64,000 nt of DNA from Polyangiaceae bacterium (GTDB lineage Bacteria > Myxococcota_A > Polyangia > Polyangiales > Polyangiaceae): NCBI GenBank assembly GCA_965222375.1, contig CBDCTZ010000016.1:2688001-2752000 (forward strand), in the 5' to 3' direction. Shown in pieces: positions 38,038 to 46,985 of this stretch; positions within the stretch are counted from its first letter, which is position 1; the number at the start of each line of letters is the position of its first letter. Below the pieces are notes generated by a model, which saw nothing but the letters and a program-made list of their open reading frames with translations, had not been told where the DNA came from and did no database searches. The position numbers and the translations under genes are program-made.

Positions 38038-39769
38038 GCTCGGGCCCCTCCGGGCGAGCGCTCTCGCCGCCAGGTCCGAAGGCGTTGATGACCTGAACCA
38101 GTTTCGCGGACTCTGGGGCAGGGGGCACATGGCGCGTTGCCCCGGGTGCAGCGACGGAGTCCAGGTGCAAGGTCTGGGTCGGGAAAGCGAAGGATACCCC
38201 GAGCTCTTGGGCCAAGCCCATGATCTCCAAGTACACGTTGTGCCGCTGGGCGAGCTCCTCGGACCAGGACTCCACGTCGAAGAAGAAATACAGCATCACG
38301 TCCAGGCTCGAGGCCCCGAAGCCGGACATATGCACCTCGTATTTGTCTTTCCAGGTCTTGGGATTGGACTGGATGATCGCGCGGACGCCCTCGACGAAGG
38401 CCTGCATCTGCTCTGCGGTCGTGTCATAGGTGAGATTCAGCGTCACGAAGGTACGGCGATAGCGTCGCGCTCCGTAGTTGTCGATCTTCGCCTCCATGAA
38501 GCGCGCATTGGGGATCGTGATCAGCGAGTCGTAGAACGTGCGAATACGTGTGGATCGGAAACCGACCTCCTCCACGATTCCCTCGGCACCGTCCACCACG
38601 ACCCAGTCCCCGATTTGAAACGGCCGGTCCACGAAGATGGTCACGCTGCCGAAGAAGTTCGCGATGGTGTCCTTGGCTGCCAGGGCGAAGGCCAGCCCGC
38701 CGATGCCCAAACCTGCCAGCAGCGAGCTGACGTTCACGTTCAGGTTCTGCAGCAGGAACAGCGCACCCGCGACGACGACGAAGACCTTGAGGGACTTGCG
38801 GAGAAGCGGCACCAACTGGTCGTCGAGCTTGGTATCCGTCTTGGCGGCCTTTTCCGCCATGCGCATGGCAACGACGTCGACCACCCGATAGATGGCCCAG
38901 ACGATGCTGAGCACCACCAGGGTTCTCACAGCGACGCTCATCACTGTGGCTGCGCCGATGGGTAGACCAAGCTCCGGATAGGCGAGCCGGAGTACACCTG
39001 CCATCACCAGGGTGGCGCCTGGTGAAGCAAATACGTCGACGGCGTAGGTCGCCCAGGACTCCCCGGTTTTGCCGACGATGCTCTTGATGCGCTGACCGAC
39101 CAAGAGCTGAATCAAGCGCCGCAAGACCAGACCGACGATGAAGGCGAGCAGCAGCGCGAGGTACTGCCAAACCTCAACGCCCAGGAGCTTGCCTCTCAGC
39201 TCCTTGGGCATGCGGTCCACGACCAGCCGGCTGATGGCACCCAGGGACTGATCGTAGAGGGCGTCGGCACGATCCAGGGAAGCACGGGTCCAGAGCCACT
39301 TGTCCCCACGACGTGCCAGAACGATGTCCGGCAAATCCGGATGTGGCGTGACGATGGGAGCGCCGGTCTTCGCGTCGACGAAGTTGAGGTCCTCACTCAG
39401 CGCGTCCATCACGATGAACAGTGCGCGTGCGTCGTAGACCGCTTTGATTCGGCGAGCGGACTCTGCGAGCGCCGCGGCGTTACGGCCCTCGGACTCCAGA
39501 CAGGCCGTCGCACGAGCTACATCCATGTTCGCGGGCTGCTGCCACTTGAACACGGAGTCCGTGGCTATTCGCGGCGAGCCGCAGGGCGAGGCTTCTGATT
39601 CCTGGGCCCACGCCACGCCTGAGGCGCTCAGGCTGACGACGATGGCTAGCGTGGTGATGACAAATCGAAACGGCAAAGCAAACCTCCCGGGGCGATTGCT
39701 CGGAGTGGCGAGGGACTCTCGGTTCAGAAACCCACGACGCGCGTTCTGGTCAGAGCAGCCCTCGGCCAC
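37979..39769 (-). CDS. MscS-family mechanosensitive channel with a periplasmic N-terminal extension
   Basis: LLAGLGIGGLAFALAAKDTIANFFG, DRPFQIGDWV, GIVEEVGFRSTRIRT and FAFPT; start uncertain. Confidence 0.93.
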   Translation of the reverse strand: MAEGCSDQNARRGFLNRESLATPSNRPGRFALPFRFVITTLAIVVSLSASGVAWAQESEASPCGSPRIATDSVFKWQQPANMDVARATACLESEGRNAAALAESARRIKAVYDARALFIVMDALSEDLNFVDAKTGAPIVTPHPDLPDIVLARRGDKWLWTRASLDRADALYDQSLGAISRLVVDRMPKELRGKLLGVEVWQYLALLLAFIVGLVLRRLIQLLVGQRIKSIVGKTGESWATYAVDVFASPGATLVMAGVLRLAYPELGLPIGAATVMSVAVRTLVVLSIVWAIYRVVDVVAMRMAEKAAKTDTKLDDQLVPLLRKSLKVFVVVAGALFLLQNLNVNVSSLLAGLGIGGLAFALAAKDTIANFFGSVTIFVDRPFQIGDWVVVDGAEGIVEEVGFRSTRIRTFYDSLITIPNARFMEAKIDNYGARRYRRTFVTLNLTYDTTAEQMQAFVEGVRAIIQSNPKTWKDKYEVHMSGFGASSLDVMLYFFFDVESWSEELAQRHNVYLEIMGLAQELGVSFAFPTQTLHLDSVAAPGATRHVPPAPESAKLVQVINAFGPGGESARPEGPELTHGYLPGSSPSGSAEDGG

Positions 39770-40745
39770 GGAAGTAGTTCACGGCATCTCTCAAGGTGTG
39801 GGCGATGGGCCGCACGTCGGCACCCAGCTCCTGTCGCGTTTTGGCGTTGTCGTAGTAGCCCGGTTTGAGGCTGTACTCGAAGAACTCCCGGGTCACCGGG
39901 GGCTCGATGCCCGTCCGGCGAGCTTGAGCCTCGAAGGCCTTGACGGCAGCGCGAGCAACGCGCACCGGGATACGATAGAAGCGCTTGCTCTTGCCTGCGG
40001 CACGACACACGCCCTCCATCAGCTCCTTGGTCGTGAGATTGTGCCCGGTCGCGAGATAGCGCTCCCCGGCCTGCCCCTTTTCGGCCGCCAAAACGTGAAC
40101 CTCTGCGGCATCCCGCACGTCCACGTAGTTGACGCCGCTGTCCGAGTAGAACGGCGTCGGCGTCTTGAGAGTGTTGATGATCAGTTTGCCGCTGGGCGTG
40201 GGCCCGATGTCCCTTGGGCCCAAGACCACCCCCGGACACACCACCCGGACATCCATGCCCCAGCGACCGAAGTCTTCCGCAAGCTGCCGGCTGAGGTACT
40301 TGGTGCGGCTATACGCGAAATCCAAATCCCAAGCATCGTACGGGGTCTCCTCGGTTCCCAGTCGGCCAGGCTCCGGCCGCCCCAGAGAGACGATGCTCGC
40401 GGTGTAAACGACTCGCTCCACGTTGGCGCGACGCGCTGCTTCGAGCATGTTGAAGGTTCCGCTCATGTTCACGCGATACATCAGCGTCGGATCCGGGCAC
40501 CACGCTTGGTAGATCGCCGCCGCGTGAAAGACCGTATCCACGCCACGTACGGCGTCCTCCGTCGCCTCTCGCTCCAGCACGTTGCCGGTTACTAGCTCGA
40601 CGTCCAGCCCGTCGACGTTGTCCGTGGATTCGCCGGGCAGCACCAACACTCGCACTTGCACGTTCCTGTCCAGCAGTTTGCGAACGATGGAGCTCCCAAG
40701 GAACCCGCAGCCGCCGGTGACCAGTGCACTCTTGATGGCATTCAC
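39750..40745 (-). CDS. NAD-dependent epimerase/dehydratase (dihydroflavonol reductase / HpnA-like SDR)
   Basis: TGGCGFLG, VFHAAA, YSRTK (YxxxK) and GPRDIGPTPSG motifs. Confidence 0.88.
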   Translation of the reverse strand: MNAIKSALVTGGCGFLGSSIVRKLLDRNVQVRVLVLPGESTDNVDGLDVELVTGNVLEREATEDAVRGVDTVFHAAAIYQAWCPDPTLMYRVNMSGTFNMLEAARRANVERVVYTASIVSLGRPEPGRLGTEETPYDAWDLDFAYSRTKYLSRQLAEDFGRWGMDVRVVCPGVVLGPRDIGPTPSGKLIINTLKTPTPFYSDSGVNYVDVRDAAEVHVLAAEKGQAGERYLATGHNLTTKELMEGVCRAAGKSKRFYRIPVRVARAAVKAFEAQARRTGIEPPVTREFFEYSLKPGYYDNAKTRQELGADVRPIAHTLRDAVNYFRGRGLL

Positions 40746-40822
40746 GAACGGGACTGTCTCAAATTTTCGCGCGCTTGGGGAGCGCCCAGACGGCGCCATG
40801 CTCGCCCTCCGGCGTTCGTGCT

Positions 40823-42088
40823 ATGCCCCGCCTTTCGCGCAAGAAACTGCCCGTGATCACAGCACTAAAGAAGCGTATCGCCGATCCCAACATATGGCGG
40901 ATCTACGCGACTATCTTCGCCCTGGGCGTGGCCTACGGCACCGCGCTGAGCGTGATTGCACTGCACCTGGATGAGCGGGGCTTCGACAAGACCGCCATCG
41001 GTTCCCTCGCGGCCTGGTTTGCCGCTGGCATCGTCGCCTTCTCCCTGCCCGTAGGAGCGGCCATCCGCCGCTTTTCCGCGAAGCGTGTGCTGGTGTTCAG
41101 CCTGTTGGGCTATGCCGCCGCGGTCTTCGCGTTCCCCCTGTTCCAAGAGTACCCGGGCGTGGCCCTGTCGCGCTTTTTCGATGGGGCGTTCAGTGTGGGC
41201 GTGTGGGTCAGTTCCGAAACCATTCTACTCAGCCGTGCTCCCAAAGAGCAGAAGGCGTTTGCTACTAGCCTGTACGCCATCTCGCTTGCCGTGGGTTACG
41301 TCGCGGGGCCAGTGTTGGCGCGGGGACTCTCCAGTGCGCTGCCTTTGTCGGCGAGCTTTGTCGTGGCGTCTCTGCTGGCGCTCGGGGCCGCCGCTTACGT
41401 GTTGGCTCGACTGGATCCCACCGAACCTAGGGAAGAAGCCGAGCCTGCTCACGGCGGTAAGCCAGGTTCCGATTCGGTGGCGCAGAGCCAAGGCTTGGCG
41501 AATGTTGCCTGGAAGATTAAAACGAGTTGCTTCGCAACATTCGCCTATGGGTACTTTCAAGCCAGCGTGGTGCTGTTCCTGCCCCTCTTCTTGATTGCGG
41601 ACAAGGGATTGCTGAAGGAGCAGACCATCCTGATCCCAGCGTTCTTTGCCGCCGGCATGTTGCTATTCTCAAACATTGCCGGTCGCCTCGGAGATCGCTG
41701 GGGCCACCTCCTCGTCATGCGTGTGCTGTCCGTCGTTGGCCTGAGCATGGTGCTCGGCTTCGTATTCCTCGACAGCTACGTGAGCATGTGCGTGGCCGTC
41801 TTCATTGCCGGCGCGACCCTGGCGAGCATCTCCCCAGTGAGCCTCGCCTTGCAGGGCGTGATCTGTCCCCACGCCGAGCTGTCGCAGGCCACCAGCGTCT
41901 ACAACGCCTTCTATGCGGCCGGCATGTTGATCGGGCCGCCCATCTCCAGCTTCATCTTCCAAGCCCAGAGCGGAGCCGCGATGCTCTATCATCTCGCTCT
42001 GCTCTGGCTCGCTTTTGCCGGCTTCACCCTCTGGTTCCGCGGCGACGACCCTCGGGCACGCAAGGTCGCGTTGTCGAATGCCGTGTAA
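40823..42088 (+). CDS. MFS transporter
   Basis: About 12 hydrophobic segments; GRLGDRWG MFS loop motif. Confidence 0.88.
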   Translation: MPRLSRKKLPVITALKKRIADPNIWRIYATIFALGVAYGTALSVIALHLDERGFDKTAIGSLAAWFAAGIVAFSLPVGAAIRRFSAKRVLVFSLLGYAAAVFAFPLFQEYPGVALSRFFDGAFSVGVWVSSETILLSRAPKEQKAFATSLYAISLAVGYVAGPVLARGLSSALPLSASFVVASLLALGAAAYVLARLDPTEPREEAEPAHGGKPGSDSVAQSQGLANVAWKIKTSCFATFAYGYFQASVVLFLPLFLIADKGLLKEQTILIPAFFAAGMLLFSNIAGRLGDRWGHLLVMRVLSVVGLSMVLGFVFLDSYVSMCVAVFIAGATLASISPVSLALQGVICPHAELSQATSVYNAFYAAGMLIGPPISSFIFQAQSGAAMLYHLALLWLAFAGFTLWFRGDDPRARKVALSNAV

Positions 42089-42154
42089 ACGTTTGAAATT
42101 ATTGATAAATTCTGCCTGAAACGGTAAGCGGTTCCGCGGCGTAAGTCCAGGCAT

Positions 42155-43453
42155 ATGCGCCGGAAACCGATCCTTGTCCACGGCCTTTCCCTGCTCGAGC
42201 GCCGCGCATTTCTCGGTGGTTCTCTGGCGACCCTGGGCACCTTGTTGCCGGGCTGCTCCGGCAGTGACGATTCGGCTGGCGCGCCCGGCATGGGCGGCGT
42301 GGGCGGCTCTGGCGGCGGCGCCGGTTTCGACGCTGGTGGCTCTGGCGGCGCGGAAGCCGGCGTAGACGCGGGACCGGCCTGTGACGACCCCTTCGCGGGA
42401 GGCACCCGCCTCGAGGACGTGCCCTTCGACGGTGAGGGCAACCTCCCTCTTGATACCCCCTTGGGCCAGGGCTGGGACGGTCGCTTGTATACGGATCTGA
42501 CCAAGCTCGATCCGGGCGCCATGGTGATCGACAACGACCGCTTCTACATCCGCACCCGAGCTCCCGATCTCATCGACCTGAACGGCCCCTGGAGCATCGA
42601 GGTCAAGGGTCTGGTCGACACTGAGATGAGCCTGAGCCCCGCCGATCTGGAGCCGCTGAAGAAACCCCAAGGCGTGCATGTCCTGGAGTGCTCCGGAAAC
42701 TCCATCGGCGGACACTTTGGACTTCTCAGCGCGGCGGACTGGGCCGGGGCACCCATGAAGGATGTGCTGGCGCTGATGAGCATCAAGAGCTCCGCCACCC
42801 GCGTGCTCGTTTCGGGCTTTGATGGCCATTCCGTGCCTAGCGTTGGCGGGCACAGTACGCCCGGCGCCAGTTGGGTCTTCACTTTCGCGGAGTTGGAAGA
42901 GGCTGGCGCGTTCTTGGCTCTGGAAATGAACGGCGTGCCGCTACCGCCCGATCACGGCAAGCCCGTGCGTCTGCACATGCCCGGCTGGTACGGCTGCACC
43001 AACATCAAATGGGTCAACGAGATCCGTCTGGTAGACGAAACCGAACCGTCCACCGCACAAATGAAGGAGTTCGCCTCCCGAACCCATCAAGTCGGCGTGC
43101 CCCAACTCGCCAAGGACTTCAAGCCGGCGAGCATGGATCAAGCCGCCATGCCCGTACGCGTTGAAAAGTGGAACGTCGGCGGGCAGACCCGCTACCGCAT
43201 CGTGGGGATCCTCTGGGGTGGGTCGGCCCCGACGGACAAGCTCGAAATCCGCTTCGGTGGCGGCGCCTTCGAGCCGGTGGACGTGTGCCCCCTGCACACT
43301 CAAAACAAGACTTGGAGTCTGTGGTCCCACACCTTCGTGCCGACGACGCCGGGCCTCTACGCCATCGACTGCCGCATCAATGACCCGGCAGTTCCCCAAA
43401 TCCGGCTTGATGCCCTCCGCTACCAGCGCTCCATCATCGTCGACGCCGTCTAG
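42155..43453 (+). CDS. Sulfite-oxidase-family molybdopterin oxidoreductase, Tat-exported lipoprotein
   Basis: Twin-arginine ERRAFL plus LPGC lipobox; FYIR, Mo-ligand LECSGN, HGKPVRL..PGWYG...IKWV and an Ig-like dimerisation tail. Confidence 0.88.
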   Translation: MRRKPILVHGLSLLERRAFLGGSLATLGTLLPGCSGSDDSAGAPGMGGVGGSGGGAGFDAGGSGGAEAGVDAGPACDDPFAGGTRLEDVPFDGEGNLPLDTPLGQGWDGRLYTDLTKLDPGAMVIDNDRFYIRTRAPDLIDLNGPWSIEVKGLVDTEMSLSPADLEPLKKPQGVHVLECSGNSIGGHFGLLSAADWAGAPMKDVLALMSIKSSATRVLVSGFDGHSVPSVGGHSTPGASWVFTFAELEEAGAFLALEMNGVPLPPDHGKPVRLHMPGWYGCTNIKWVNEIRLVDETEPSTAQMKEFASRTHQVGVPQLAKDFKPASMDQAAMPVRVEKWNVGGQTRYRIVGILWGGSAPTDKLEIRFGGGAFEPVDVCPLHTQNKTWSLWSHTFVPTTPGLYAIDCRINDPAVPQIRLDALRYQRSIIVDAV

Positions 43454-43561
43454 GCGTTTGGTTTTTTGGGGGATGTGGCGGACGAGTCCGTCATCGGAAG
43501 TTCTTCGAGGCTCGGCGCGTGGTCGCTTCCGCAAGTGAAGCTGGGCCGCTTGTTCACGGAG

Positions 43562-44074
43562 TCAGGCCCCTCGAGTCTTCTCGCGCAATAGGTCTGGCAA
43601 GCCATCGTGATCGCCGCGCTCGCGCTCCGGCGCGTCCCGCCACAGATAGTCGCCAATCTCCTCATTGCGTTGCGGATGCAGCGGGTAGCAGATCTTGTTG
43701 CTCTTCTTGGTCGCCTCGCCGACTACCAATAGCCTGACCGTCTCGTTGCTGTTGTTGATGAAGGTATGGGCCACGCCCGTTCCCGCCGGAAAGCCCACGC
43801 CATCGCCTGGGCGCAGGGCGTGCAGCTCGCCATCGATCCAGGCCTCGGGCCTCCCCTCGAGCACGTAAACGAATTCCTCCTCGTCGCTCTCGGCATGGGG
43901 CCACGAGGTTCGTCGCCCCGGCGGTAGCTCTTCATGGTGAATGCCCAGGCGGGTCAGGCCCAGCTCTTTGGCGAAGGGCGAGCCGACGCTCAGCAATTCG
44001 TTGCTGCCCGGATAGTGGGAGTCGTCGGGTTGTTGGATATCCTCGTAGTGTCGGATGCAGACAGGTCGGCTCAT
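43562..44074 (-). CDS. Cupin domain protein
   Basis: LGIHHEELPPGRRTSWPHAESDEEEFVYVLEG...FPAGTGVAH. Confidence 0.88.
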   Translation of the reverse strand: MSRPVCIRHYEDIQQPDDSHYPGSNELLSVGSPFAKELGLTRLGIHHEELPPGRRTSWPHAESDEEEFVYVLEGRPEAWIDGELHALRPGDGVGFPAGTGVAHTFINNSNETVRLLVVGEATKKSNKICYPLHPQRNEEIGDYLWRDAPERERGDHDGLPDLLREKTRGA

Positions 44075-44161
44075 GGCGCAGGCTCCCTACTGGGCCGCCT
44101 ATACCAGAAACCGCGATGCGCCGACACGGTGCCGGCGACATCGCGCTGCCGTCGTGCGGCG

Positions 44162-45775
44162 TCACCCATCGCCTGCGGTTGCCGCGGCTGCTTCGTCTGC
44201 TCCGACATCGCCGTGATGCTCATCCGCGAAGGCGCCCTCGGGCTCGCGTAGGAAGAGGAAACAGTAGAGGAGACTGAAAGCCGCGCCCCCTGCGATGATG
44301 AAGAAGAAGGTCTTGGCGTTGACCAAGGAGAACACGACCAGGTAGCAGACCGCTCCGACGTTGCCGTAGGCGCCGGCCATCCCGGCGATCTGACCGGTCT
44401 GCTTGGGGTGGACCATTGGGAGGATGGCGAAGGTTGCTCCTTCGGCACCCTGAACGAACATCGAACAGGCGACCGTGATGATGACCGCAACGACGAGCCA
44501 CCAGATTCCGTCAAAGGTGGGGACGAGGGTTTGTGTTCCCTCGACTATCGGACCGTACTTGCCGATGAACGCCATGCCCAGGAATCCCATGGTGATGCCG
44601 AACATGTACACGAGCATGGTGCGCTTCCGATTCTTCATGTGATCGGACAGCCAGCCGCCGAGTGGTCGCGCGAAGAGGTTCACGAATGCAAAGGATGCTG
44701 CGATGATCCCCGCCAAGGTGGCGGTCATGATCGGATTACCGTCGTCGCCGATCAGCGTGCGGAAGGTCGACTCGAAGAACATGGGCAGCATGCTCACCAC
44801 CGCCAGTTCGGCGCCGAAGTTCGCGAAGTAGGTGCTGTTGAGGGCGGCGACGCTGCCCCAAGCGTATTTGTCCTTCTCCGGGACGCCCCGCTTGAGGTCT
44901 GGCAAGTTGACCTGAAGCGTACGCACCACGTGAGCGGCAAAGATGAGCCCGAGCACGACGTAGATGCCTGTCAGCATTCCGGGGGAAATCAGGCTCTCTC
45001 CCTCGACCTTCACACCCGAGATGCGCCACGCCAGTATTCCCATGGCTCCGACGAGGGGAAACGACCAGACCAGGTACTGCACCAGGTCACCCCAGCTGGT
45101 GACGTGCATTGGGTCTGTCTTGGTCGCTTTGGGGATGACTCGACCGGAGGGATTGTCCCGGACGAGAAAGAGGTAGATGAAGCCGTAGACCAGCGAAACC
45201 AGACCGTTGACCGCCAAGGCATACCGCCAGGCGTTGTCACCCATCCCGAGGGAGTCCTTGAATAGCCCGATGGCGATCCAGGGAAGGGTCATGGCCGCCC
45301 ACGCTGATCCGAAGTTGCCCCAGCCAGCGTAAAAGCCCTCTGCCCGCCCCACCATCTTGGGCGGGAACCAGTTCGCGACCATCTTGATGCCAATCACGAA
45401 CCCGGCGCCGATGGAGCCAAGGACGAGCCTGGCAACGAGCAGTTGGATGAAGCTGGTGCCCAAAGCAAAGGCCAGCGCGGGGAGGCTCATTGCTATCATC
45501 AACCCCGAGAAGGTCTTGCGAGGCCCGTAGCGATCCACCAGGGCTCCGACGACGATGCGCGCCGGAATGGTCAAGGCCACGTTGGAAATGGCCAGCACCT
45601 TGATGTGTTCCTTCGTCAGCCAGTCGACGCTCTTGAGCATCGTCGTGGCCATCGGGGCCATGTTGAACCAGACGTAGAAGGTGATGAAGAACGCGATCCA
45701 CGTCCAATGCAGCACGCGTATCCGTTCTTGGGAGAAATCGACAAGCTCAGGCTTCTTCATCGGTTCGAACTCCAT
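44162..45775 (-). CDS. narK: NarK/NrtP-family nitrate/nitrite MFS transporter (divergent from the nar operon)
   Basis: VLHWTWIAFFITFYVWFN, nitrate signature AEGFYAGWGNFG, ARPLGG and GMAGAYGNVG. Confidence 0.9.
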   Translation of the reverse strand: MEFEPMKKPELVDFSQERIRVLHWTWIAFFITFYVWFNMAPMATTMLKSVDWLTKEHIKVLAISNVALTIPARIVVGALVDRYGPRKTFSGLMIAMSLPALAFALGTSFIQLLVARLVLGSIGAGFVIGIKMVANWFPPKMVGRAEGFYAGWGNFGSAWAAMTLPWIAIGLFKDSLGMGDNAWRYALAVNGLVSLVYGFIYLFLVRDNPSGRVIPKATKTDPMHVTSWGDLVQYLVWSFPLVGAMGILAWRISGVKVEGESLISPGMLTGIYVVLGLIFAAHVVRTLQVNLPDLKRGVPEKDKYAWGSVAALNSTYFANFGAELAVVSMLPMFFESTFRTLIGDDGNPIMTATLAGIIAASFAFVNLFARPLGGWLSDHMKNRKRTMLVYMFGITMGFLGMAFIGKYGPIVEGTQTLVPTFDGIWWLVVAVIITVACSMFVQGAEGATFAILPMVHPKQTGQIAGMAGAYGNVGAVCYLVVFSLVNAKTFFFIIAGGAAFSLLYCFLFLREPEGAFADEHHGDVGADEAAAATAGDG

Positions 45776-45923
45776 GTCCTCGGTATGAGCACTGCTTCAC
45801 CGTCAGACCGCGCAATGCGTTCGCCTGCCACGGGCGTGACACGCATTCCTTTCCGGATCTTGGGCTGTTTGCAGCAACGAGAAGCGAACCCGGGCAACCA
45901 ACATGCCCCTCGGGTCGCCTGCC

Positions 45924-46011
45924 CTGACGCCTGTCATCCCGGCCAGGGCTCGGTTTCGCGTGTGTAAGTGGCGTGTAAGCCGGCGTGGCTAGGGTCCTTG
46001 AGCGTCGTCAA
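45924..46011. promoter_or_regulatory. nar/narK divergent control region: two FNR/CRP-like boxes and a heptamer direct repeat
   Basis: CTGAC-GCCT-GTCAT (45924-45937); GTGTAAG at 45962 and 45973 (11-bp period); TTGAG-CGTC-GTCAA (45998-46011). Confidence 0.55.
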
Positions 46012-46091
46012 CGCCCAGTTTCATTGGGGGTCGGAAGGTCCTTCCGAACAGAAACGGCAGACCGAGGAACGACGCGAGGAGGAATGGCCGG

Positions 46092-46940
46092 ATGAACTGC
46101 AGAATACTCTCCAAGCGGACACTGCTTGGGCTCCTGCTCACCTGTGGCGCATTGGTTTTGTTTTCGTCACCAGCCTCTGCCCAAACTGGTGAGGAGCTTT
46201 TCAAGAAGACCTGTGCCGCATGTCACAGCATTGGTGAAGGCAAACGCGTTGGCCCCGATCTCAAGGGTGTGACCGAGCGTCGCTCGGAAGAGTGGCTGAT
46301 CAAGTTCATCAAGTCATCCCAGACCATGATCAACGAGGGCGACCCGGTCGCCGTCAAGCTGTTCAATGAGTTCAACAAGACGCCCATGCCGGACGCGCCT
46401 CACACGGACGCCGAGATCAAAGAGATCTTGGCTTTCATCAAAGGTGGTGCGACGTCCTCCGGCGCTGGCACGACGGTTGAGGCCACGCCCGAGGCCATCG
46501 CCCTCGGCGGCGACATCTTCCAGGGCGTCAAGCGCTTGAAGAATGGCGGGGCAGCGTGCAACTCGTGCCACCACGTCAAGAACGACGCGGTGATCGGTGG
46601 CGGTGTGCTCGCGAAAGACCTCACGACGGTCTTTTCGGCCATGGGCGCGCCGGGCGTAGAGGCCGTGTTGGGCTCGCCGCCCTTTCCGGTGATGGCGGCG
46701 GCTTACAAGGACAATCCGATTACCAAGGACGAGGCCGCTGCGTTGATCGCGTTCCTCCAGAATGCGGACAAGGAGCACGCCTTCCAGCAGCCACGTGACT
46801 ACGGAATGAACCTGGTGGCCTCAGGCTCAGGCGGTTTCGTGGTGCTGATGGTGCTGTACGGCGTGCTCTGGCGGCGCCGCAAGAAGCTGCCCGTCAACCA
46901 TGCAGTATTCGAGCGCCAAGTGCGCACCCAGGACGAGTGA
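46092..46940 (+). CDS. narC: Membrane-anchored dihaem cytochrome c (NarC-like)
   Basis: Signal peptide, two CxxCH motifs (CAACH, CNSCH), C-terminal TM followed by RRRKK; first gene of the nar operon. Confidence 0.85.
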   Translation: MNCRILSKRTLLGLLLTCGALVLFSSPASAQTGEELFKKTCAACHSIGEGKRVGPDLKGVTERRSEEWLIKFIKSSQTMINEGDPVAVKLFNEFNKTPMPDAPHTDAEIKEILAFIKGGATSSGAGTTVEATPEAIALGGDIFQGVKRLKNGGAACNSCHHVKNDAVIGGGVLAKDLTTVFSAMGAPGVEAVLGSPPFPVMAAAYKDNPITKDEAAALIAFLQNADKEHAFQQPRDYGMNLVASGSGGFVVLMVLYGVLWRRRKKLPVNHAVFERQVRTQDE

Positions 46941-46985
46941 TCGCGCAGCAGCGCAACCTTTAGTGAGCGAAAGAAGGGTAAAGGC

